64,000 nucleotides of DNA, from contig CAWAIF010000003.1 of NCBI GenBank assembly GCA_963782055.1, positions 6,144,001 to 6,208,000 of the forward strand, in the 5' to 3' direction. The stretch's first letter is position 1. The number at the start of each line of letters is the position of its first letter. Of this stretch, positions 56,049 to 64,000 are shown piece by piece. The notes beneath the pieces are model-generated. The model worked only from the letters and a program-made list of their open reading frames with translations. It did not search any database and was not told the origin of the DNA. The DNA is from an uncultured delta proteobacterium. Its GTDB lineage: Bacteria > Myxococcota_A > Polyangia > Polyangiales > Polyangiaceae. A program made the position numbers and the translations under genes.

Positions 56049-56489
56049 TCATGTCTTTGGTCCACGAAGCGCCAACCAGGGTGCAGCCCTTCCCCATGCC
56101 ATCAAATATGAGTGATGGTTGAAACAGAATAGATACGTCATTGGGTGGTCGCATACCCAGCATTCAAAACGTTGACACTCTCCTAACAGGCGCGTGAGGT
56201 CCGAACCATTTGGAAAGAGGAACCCATTCGCTTCATCGTTGGGCTTGAAAAAGAGATAGTGGGGTGCTTCAGGCTCGAATTCCCCCATCCAAAGGCGCGT
56301 CTCTTCACCATGCGCGCTTGGTGCGCGATTCTCGGCGAAGTCCCAGATCGGGCTATCCCTCCCAGGAAAGAAGTTGCTTGCCGCTTCACGACGTAGCCGC
56401 GACGCCTCGCCTGCGTCTAACACGGTGAGGTTCACGGGTATCGCAAGTGTCCGGTTTGTATCGTTGAGAAGATCAGCAAAGTAGCCCAT
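56049..56489 (-). CDS. Putative immunity protein (DUF6756-like)
   Basis: Visibly lower GC; FECWVCD...YLFCFNHHSYL motif; starts 6 bp after a toxin-like tip. Confidence 0.6.
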   Translation of the reverse strand: MGYFADLLNDTNRTLAIPVNLTVLDAGEASRLRREAASNFFPGRDSPIWDFAENRAPSAHGEETRLWMGEFEPEAPHYLFFKPNDEANGFLFPNGSDLTRLLGECQRFECWVCDHPMTYLFCFNHHSYLMAWGRAAPWLALRGPKT

Positions 56490-56495
56490 ATACCC

Positions 56496-56585
56496 TCACT
56501 GACGGTGTGCGAAAACTTGTTCGATGAATATGTGCCCGCTTGGTGCACCTTTACCTGCGCCTTGCCAGCCGATGTGCGGCACGTC
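56496..56585 (-). pseudogene. C-terminal tip of a polymorphic toxin (Ntox47-like), cut by IS4
   Basis: DVPHIGWQGAGKGAPSGHIFIEQVFAHRQ*. Confidence 0.5.
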
Positions 56586-59554
56586 CATGGCCAGATCCTT
56601 TGGACATAACGTGGCGGAATGATGGAAATAAATCGGGCGCCTTTCTCGTTGTTCGGTTGCGACACCAACAAGGAGAGGACGCCCGATGACGACGAGAGCT
56701 ACCCGAGCCACGAGCAGCCGTCCAGACCCGAGCGAAGAGGCGAGCGCGGTGGAGGAGCAGCTGCAGCGGACCTTCACGCCGGCGGTCATCGACGAGCTTC
56801 GGGGCCGCACCGGCTACAACCCGCGGCAGCGGCGCGCCACCGCGTTCCGCCTGGTGCTCACGGTCGTCGAGGGGTTCCTCGCGGGCCAGACGCTGTCGTT
56901 CGAGTCGCTGCGGGCGATCTTCGTGAGGCGCTTCGGCTTCATGCGCCCGTGCCCGTTCCAGAAGCGGTTCAAGCAGGAGTCGGCGGCGGCGTTCTTCCGC
57001 GCGGCGCTCGAGCACCTCGTGGCGTCGGTGACGAAGGCGGCGGGCCTGGAGCTGAGCGGGCCGCTCGCCCGCTTCGAGGACGTGCGGGTCTACGACGGTA
57101 CGGGGCAGCGCGTGCCACCGCGCGGGCGCGAGCTGCTGCCGGGATGCACCAAGGGCAAGGCCGGCACCAAGTGGGTGATGGGCTACAGCATCAAGACCGG
57201 CCTGCTCGAGCACGGCGTCTCCGACGCGGAGACCGCGTCGGAGACGCCGCTGTGGCGGAAGCTGGTCCCGAGCTTCACGCGCGGGGTGCTCTACCTCTTC
57301 GACCTCGGCTTCTTCGAGCGCGCTCTGTTCACCCAGGCGAAGGCTGCCGGCGCGCACGTGCTGATGCGCCTCAAGACCACGGCGAAGGTACGCGTGACCG
57401 CGCACATCTCGGAGAACGGCCACACCCCGCTCCACAACTGGTCGCTTGGCTACTACCTGCAGAGCGTGTCGCGCAAGCGCGGGACGATCTTCGACCTCGA
57501 CGTGACGTGGGGCAAGGGCAAGGACACCGTCGCATTGCGGCTCGTGGGACTCGCGCACAAGTCGACCGTCATCCGCTGGTACCTGACCACCGTGCCGCGC
57601 AGCGTGCTCTCGCCACGGCAGATCATCCAGACCTACCGACTCCGCTGGCTGATCGAGCTGCTCTTTCGCGAGCTGAAGCAGACCGCCGACCTCGGCCGCT
57701 CCTTCACCGCCGATCCCCACGCGATCAAGGCGCTCACCTACGGCGCGATGCTCGCCCACGCGCTCGTGCGCTCGGTCAGGATCCAGGCTGCACTCGCGCG
57801 GTGTCTGCTTAGCGGTGTCGCACACTGTGGGTCCATTCTTCGTTCCTGATGCGAGAAGTTCTTTCCATGGGACCTGATCGGGAGCATCCCGGATCACGTG
57901 ACGCCCGAGCAGCGGATCCAGGAGCTGGAGCAGGAGAACGCCGCGCTTCGCGAAGAGCTGGCGAAGCTGCGCAAGGAGATCGAGGAGTGGAAGCGCGGGT
58001 TCCGGGAGCGCGGGAAGCGGCGGACGTCGCGCTCCGAGGGTCGGCGGGCGCCCTCGGGCAAGCCGCGCGGCCGCAAGGTGGGCCATGTCGGATCGCGGCC
58101 CGCCGCACCGGCCCACGTCGACGACGAAGTCGTGCACGAGATGCCGGCGACGTGCAGCTGTGGCGGGGCAGTCGTGGCGACGGGCGAGACGGACAGCACA
58201 GTCGTCACCGACATCCCAGTGGTGCAGCCGCGGCAGACGCATCACGTGGCGCACGTCGGCAGCGGCGAGGTGTGCCACAAGCGCGTGGTCGCGAAGCTGC
58301 CGGGCGCGCCGGCGGCGGGCAAGAGCGTCGCCGCGGTGTCGTTCGGCCCCAACGTGCAGGCGATGGCGCTGGACCTGCGCTTCGAGCGCGACATGCCGCT
58401 GGGCAAGATCAGTGCGTTCCTCGGACAGTGGCTCGGCATCTCGATCACGACCGGCGGCCTGGCGCAGATGTTCGACCGATTGCGACGCCGCTCGGCGCCG
58501 AGCTACGACGAGCTGGTCGACGCGGTGCGCGCATCGCCCGTGGCGGGCCTCGACGAGAGCGGCCATCGACAGGACGGCGTGCCGGGTTGGATGTGGCTGA
58601 TGCGCACCGACCGCGTCTCGGTCTTCCGCGCCGAGCTGTCGCGCGGCGCGTGGGTCGCCGAGTCGATGCTCGGCGCGAGCTTCAAAGGAGTCCTGTGCAC
58701 CGACTTCTACGGCGTGTACACGAGTCACGACGGCTGGACCCACGCCTACTGCGGTGCGCACACCATCCGCGAGGCCAAGAAGATCGCCGAGCTCACCCCG
58801 TGCGCCGCGACCGAGGAGTTCCGCGACCGACTCATCGGCTTCTACGTCGCGGGCAAGCACGCCGCGGCGAGCGGCGATCCCGAGCAGCGCCGAGGCGCGC
58901 GCATCCGCCTCGGCCATCTCATCAGCAGCACCAACTTCGTGGAGTTCCCGGACATCGTCCGGCTGCAGGAGCGCCTCGACGAGCACAAGGTGGGGGTGAC
59001 GCTCTTCATCGACCGCCCCGACGTCCCGGCCACGAACAACGCGACCGAACGCGACATCCGCGCCCACGGGCGGCACCGCGCGATGACCGGCGGAACGCGC
59101 TCGGCCGCCGGCAGCGCCACCCTGGCGCACTGGATGAGCATCACGCAGACGCGGCGCAAGTGCCAGCTCCCGCTTCGGGGCTTCGTCATCGGGCTGTACG
59201 AAAGTCACCTCCACGGCAAGCCGCCTCCGTCTGTCTTTGCCCACTAGCCGGCGAGTCCTCCGACGGTCGACGTCACGCCCGGGCCGCGGGCCGTCTTCCG
59301 GCCGCTAAGCAGAGACCTCGCGCGCGACGTCCCTCTCGAGCAACTGCGCCCCCTGGCGACGTTGCACGTCGTGCGCGCCTACGCGCGGGACCTGGTCGAC
59401 GCCCTCGTCTCCCTGAGCACCGCCGCGTGGACTGCCGTCGTGACCACCGTGGGCGCGGCACTCGTCGCTCTGGCACGCGAACGACAACCTTCACGCTCCA
59501 GGAAACGAATCGCCCTCAAACTTGGGGCGATCGGTGCTTAAGAGATCGGGCATG
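56586..59554 (+). mobile_element. IS4-family element interrupted by IS66
   Basis: Both IRs present; flanks GCGGCACGTC / GGGCAATCCC differ (no TSD). Confidence 0.92.
57801..59316 (+). mobile_element. IS66-family element copy 3 with intact 449-aa transposase (57898..59247)
   Basis: 8-bp TSD CTCGCGCG; LDESG, CTDFY, CGAH, TNNATERDIR. Confidence 0.95.
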
Positions 59555-60995
59555 GGGCAATCCCGCCGTGCGCGTCGGTTTCGATGACCTGATCTTCGGC
59601 ACCAACGATGTCGTCGGCGGACCTGGCGGGCCCGTCACCACGCAGACCGACAGGCTCGACTGGGCGATGACGACCCCGTTCTTCCACTGGGACTTCCGGA
59701 GCTGGCAGCTCGTCGGCAACCGGCTGAGTGGGGACCTTTCAGACTTCGGCCTCCCCACCTACTCGCTCTCGCTCGAGCCCTATGTCTGGTACGGATCGAC
59801 CACAGCCTTCTGGCGGACCCTCTCGGCCGCCACGATCGTGCCCGGCCAGACTGGCACCACGGATCTGTGGAACTAGCACGAGGTCCTTCTGTTTGCCCGC
59901 GATCCGCGATCTGGTCGAGATGAGTACCTACTTCCGGAACTTCATGGCCGATCTCCTGAGGGCCCACAATCCGCAGAACGACGACCAGACCCAGCAGGAT
60001 CTCGACACCTACTTCAACTCCGCGTGGCGCGATCTCTATGCCGGGGTGCAGGTCCCGGCCGCTGCGACCCTCTGGTATCCTCCGCAGAAGGGGACGACCC
60101 CTGGGGCCCTGATCACTGCCAACATCATGAGCTCCAGCTTCTGGGGCGCGGAAACGCCGGCGGGGCCGGGCGCCGACCCCAATCCCGATCTCTCCGGCTC
60201 GGTCAAGGCAGCGAAGGTCATCAACCACGGCATCTGTAGCCTGCTCGTGCCCTACGTGTCCGCGGCCCAGGACGGCAGCGGGCTGATGGAAAAGCTCGCG
60301 ACCGACGGGCCGCTCGCGGTGGCGAAGCTGGTCTTCAGTCGCTACGGCGACTCCGCCGACGTGGAGAAGCGGTGGCTCAACGCCGCCCCCTTCCTCGACT
60401 TCACGGAAGAACAGGAGGACGCGCAGCTCGGCGGATTCTTCCTGAACTTCAACGTCCAGTTGAACGTGCCGGTCCTGGGTATCACCGTGGGTGGACCGAA
60501 CCTCTACTACCACAACGCGCTGCGGTGGCGCCTGTACGACGGTCGCCTCGCGGCGGACGGCGAGGTGCTGGACAAGTTCGGACGGGGGAGCGGCGCGTCC
60601 GACGCGATGGTGACGTTCGACGACGTCCTCACGCGCCAGCTCGACCACACGCCGCGCACCGGGGACGACCCAGCCTCGCTCGCCGAGGCGATCTTCCAGG
60701 AGGCGAACGCCCAGCAGGTCTACGAGGGAGACACTGGTACGGTAACCTGCACGCAGATCGTGCCCGGCGAGGATTCGCTCGGCTACGATCCGGCCGAACC
60801 TTGTTACGACTTCATCAAACAGATGAAGAGCGACGTGCACGAGGCGCTGACCTACCTGTCGGCCCCGCTCGGCCTCACGCCGGAGCAGCAGCAGCAGGTC
60901 GAAGACTCGCTCGTGGCGACGGACTTCCCAGGTGGTTCATTGAGGAACTTCCGCTGCGCGAAGTTCCCCGAGGACGCCGAAGGTCGTTGTCAGTT
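59555..60995 (+). pseudogene. Internal fragment of a large unknown protein truncated by IS on both sides
   Basis: Coding-like frames 59555-59876 and ~59860-60995 joined by a frameshift. Confidence 0.55.
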
Positions 60996-62723
60996 GGGTG
61001 CGGCTCTTCTCCGGCGGCGCGAAGCACAGCGAGATCGATCACTTGACCCTCCTCAGGCGCGGCCTGGGAGGCGGCAGGGGGTCAGGGATCTCGCCCTGAT
61101 CGTAGCGTGACGCATGGTTGCGGTCCTTGTCGCGCGCGAGATGGAACTGCCAGTAGGCGTCGAAGTCGCCGGAGGCGCGCACGGCGCGCAGGCGCAGGAT
61201 GGCCTCGGCGCCGGTGAGCGACCAGCGCGCGCCGGTGCGGTCCATCCTGTCCTTGACGAGATAGCGGCAGGCGCCCTCGATGACGCCGGTGGCGATGGGC
61301 AGGCCATCGCGGAGCGCGTCCTGGTAGCGCATCAGCCGGGTGCGCGTCCGGTCGGCGAGGTAGTCGCAGGCCTCGTCGATCGCGCGCAGCGCTGCGTCGT
61401 CGAGCTTCGGCTTCTTGCGACGTGCCGCCCACCAGCGGATGGTGCGCGCGACGTCTCCCCCGCTGCGGCCCGTCAGCAGGGCGAGCAGGCGATTGGCAAC
61501 CCAGCCCTCGGCCTTGGTGTCGCTCTTGCCGAACAGCGCGCGGGCCGCCGACCAGATGTACTCGAGCACGTGGACGACATCGAGCAGGATGGTCACCTGG
61601 ACACGGGCGCGCCGGGCCTCGGCCTTGACGGCGCGAAGCTGCTTCGGCTCGCCGTCGACGAGCACGACCCAGCGGCGTCGCCTGTCCGGATCGCGCCGCA
61701 GCGCCTCGGCGAACGCCTCGCGAATCACGGTGCGCGGATGCTTCTCGACGCTGGCCCACACGCGCTTGTCGGTGGGGCGCGGTCGCTTCGTGTCGACCTC
61801 GTCGGCGTCCCGCAGCGAGTGGATGATGTCCGCGGGCCCGCGCACGAACGGCGCCACCGAGTACACCGTCGCGACCTGCGCCATGCGCTTGCGGTTGCTC
61901 TTCTCGCCCGGCGTCAGGCGCGTCTCCAGCTTGCGCACGCTCTTCTGCGCCGCCAGGCGTGTGCCCTCACGCAGGTCCTGGTGGCGCATCACGACGCCCT
62001 TGCCGTCGGTGCTCAGCACCAGCAGGTCGTCCTTCGGATCGCGCTCGGCCGCGCGCTGCTCGTAGAACGCGTCGAAGTCCTGCGCCGCACGAACCGCCAG
62101 CTCTTCCACCTGCCGCTTCGCGATCGACACGCCCGTGTAGTCGCGCACCATCTCGACCACGTCGTTGAACGACGCCCTCGCCGCCTCCTTCGCGACCATG
62201 CGCCGGATGCCGTGCGAGAACATCTCCCGCGGCAGGTTGAGCGCCGCGTCCATCGGGTGCAGGTCCTCCGTCGCCGGCGCCTGGTAGGCGCGCCGCGGCA
62301 CCGCCACCCGCCCCACCAGCGTGTCCAGATGCCGCTCACTATCGCGCGCGGAGCGACGCTCCACGCCGTCCGCCCCGACCACCTCGGTGCGCTTCTCCAG
62401 CGCCGCCCGAAGCTCCAGGTGCTCCTGGAGCATCAGCCGAGCCCACTCCCGGCCTTGCCCGTCGAGCATCGCCTCCAGGTCCGAGTGCGGCTTGCGGATC
62501 ATCTCCCTGCTCGACACCATACCCTCGACCTTCGCTGCGTGCGCCCTCGACTTCGCGAACGGGGCCTCGACGGCATGGATCGGATCGGCGTGCACGGCAC
62601 TCATCGGCGGCTCCTTCCGGGGCGCGGCTGCGCCCTCACCGCCACAACGTCACGCTTGCGCGGAAAATTCCCCGAAGTATGCGAAATCAGGCCGCCTCAC
62701 GCCGCCGTAATGGAGCCGCACCC
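60996..62723 (-). mobile_element. ISKra4-family element, intact 521-aa transposase (61039..62604)
   Basis: IRs GGGTGCGGCTC at both ends; no TSD; diverged relative of 3163..4897. Confidence 0.9.
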
Positions 62724-63098
62724 ATCTCGATGTCCCCGAACACCGTCGTGTACGTCGCGCGCGTCTCGCGCCCGTTGCCCCACTGCTCGCCATCGATCGT
62801 CACCTCCGGTGCGCTCGTGTCCGCCCGCGCCATCACCTCGCGCATCAGCACGCGGCCGTACGCGTTGGTCAGCTCCTGGGCTCGACGCTCCACCGCCAGA
62901 AGGTCGATCGCGTCGGGGCTCGTCGCCGCGATCTCCCGCCGAAATTCCGCCAGCTCCCGCTCCACCGTCTCGATCTGCGTCCCGATGTCCATGCCTACGC
63001 TTCTCGATCGACGCGACCTCTACGCGCAAGCGAAGACGTCACGCGACCGCACGGTTGCAGTGCCACGATCGATTGCCGCCAGGACTGGATCTGCACCC
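62724..63098 (-). mobile_element. Left part of another ISKra4-like element
   Basis: End GGGTGCAGATCC; ORF from 62992 ...VERRAQEL...RATYTTVFGDIE cut by the neighbouring IS. Confidence 0.6.
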
Positions 63099-63108
63099 AA
63101 GCAGACAC

Positions 63109-63167
63109 GACAGCACCGCCGGCTGAGCCGCGCAAGTGGGAAACGGTCACTACACACTAGTGGGCAG
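63109..63167 (-). promoter_or_regulatory. Orphan fifth copy of the cassette promoter/operator
   Basis: GACAGCACCGCCGGCTGAGCCGCGCAAG and CTACACACTAGTGGGCAG; -10 cut by the IS66 end AAGCAGACAC (63099-63108). Confidence 0.7.
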
Positions 63168-63317
63168 GCCCGTTTGCCGCTCCCGGCTCCGGCTACCCGG
63201 CTAGTCCGTTGATCTTCGTCAGCACACGCCCCAGCGGGAAGCACCGTCCTCGCACCGTCGCACCGGTCGAGGCGCGTTCGTTGACACGGTCGGCGGTCGC
63301 CTGGCGACCCATGGCAG

Positions 63318-64000
63318 TCAGCCCTCCAGCACGGGCCCCATCGCCAGCGCGCAGCCGGCCTCGCGCGCGGCGGCGAGCTCCGCCTGCGTGCGCACGTGGG
63401 CGGCGACGACGCGCACCTTCGCCTCGCGGCACGCCTCCACCATCGAGGCGATCACCCGGCGCTGCACCTTGGAGTCGGCGGCGGCGGCGGTCTTGCCCAC
63501 CGTGCGCATGTCGAGCAGGGCGTACGCGGGGCGCAGCACGCCGACGCTGGTGAGCGCCGCGGGGCCGGCGACGGTGCGGATTGCCAGGGAGAAGCCGAGG
63601 TCGGCGAGCGTCTTCGCCCGCGCGGTCATGTCCCCCACGTCCAGCGCGTCGCGCTGCTGGACGGCGACCACCACCTGCGCGGCGTGGCAGGCGAAGGACG
63701 ACGCGGCGTCGTAGAGGGTGGGGTCGAGCAGGTCCTCTGCGCTGCAGTCGACGAGCTGCGTGGTGGCGCGCGGCGGGGCCTCGCCGACGAGCTCGCGGAG
63801 GCGGCGGCCGAGATCGCGCTGGCGGCCGAGCGCCTGGGCCACCAGCGGCAGGTCGTCGTGCGCGAAGGCGGGGGTGCGCAGCGCCAGGCGATGGCCCCAC
63901 ACCGAGGAGGTCGCGAGAATCGACGATGGCCTCGCGGGCGATCTCCGCGGCGGCGAGCGCGCCGTCGAGCTGCGTGCCCAGGGCGAGCTGCACCGGCGGG
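63318..64000 (-). CDS. Degenerate EAL-domain protein, C-terminal part (1-bp frameshift)
   Basis: Removing one T at ~63919 gives EAIVDLATSSVWGHRLALR; ends VVAAHVRTQAELAAAREAGCALAMG. Confidence 0.65.
   Translation of the reverse strand, partial: RRCSSPWARSSTARSPPRRSPARPSSILATSSVWGHRLALRTPAFAHDDLPLVAQALGRQRDLGRRLRELVGEAPPRATTQLVDCSAEDLLDPTLYDAASSFACHAAQVVVAVQQRDALDVGDMTARAKTLADLGFSLAIRTVAGPAALTSVGVLRPAYALLDMRTVGKTAAAADSKVQRRVIASMVEACREAKVRVVAAHVRTQAELAAAREAGCALAMGPVLEG

Overview
A very GC-rich window whose gene content (PilB, FHA protein, Ser/Thr kinase, many Cys-rich lipoproteins with DAG-type linkers) suggests a myxobacterium; this taxonomy is inference. Positions 1-4.9 kb are accessory DNA with IS1380 and ISKra4 insertions. 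Positions 5.0-13.8 kb are core-like genes ending in a rhodanese-MoeB (MoeZ-type) gene. From 13.8 to 22.6 kb is a tandem array of five divergent cassettes. Each begins with the moeB 3' end (the intact gene, then four displaced copies) and carries an antisense Cys-rich lipoprotein gene. The first four also carry a lipoprotein gene with a constant N-terminus and variable C-terminus, plus a conserved promoter/operator. The promoter of the last cassette reappears at 63.1 kb, so the ~40 kb in between appears to have accumulated inside the array. That insert is a dense nest of IS66, IS4, ISL3, IS256, ISKra4 and IS3 pieces, several copies of a tyrosine-recombinase + IS91-type transposase element (one invaded by a group IIC intron), a four-helix-bundle gene flanked by repeats, a polymorphic-toxin tip plus immunity remnant, and repeated modules of a large secreted protein followed by small Cys-rich lipoproteins. 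Many genes carry single-base frameshifts, which could be real decay or long-read errors. All family calls are from motif recognition only; no searches were run.
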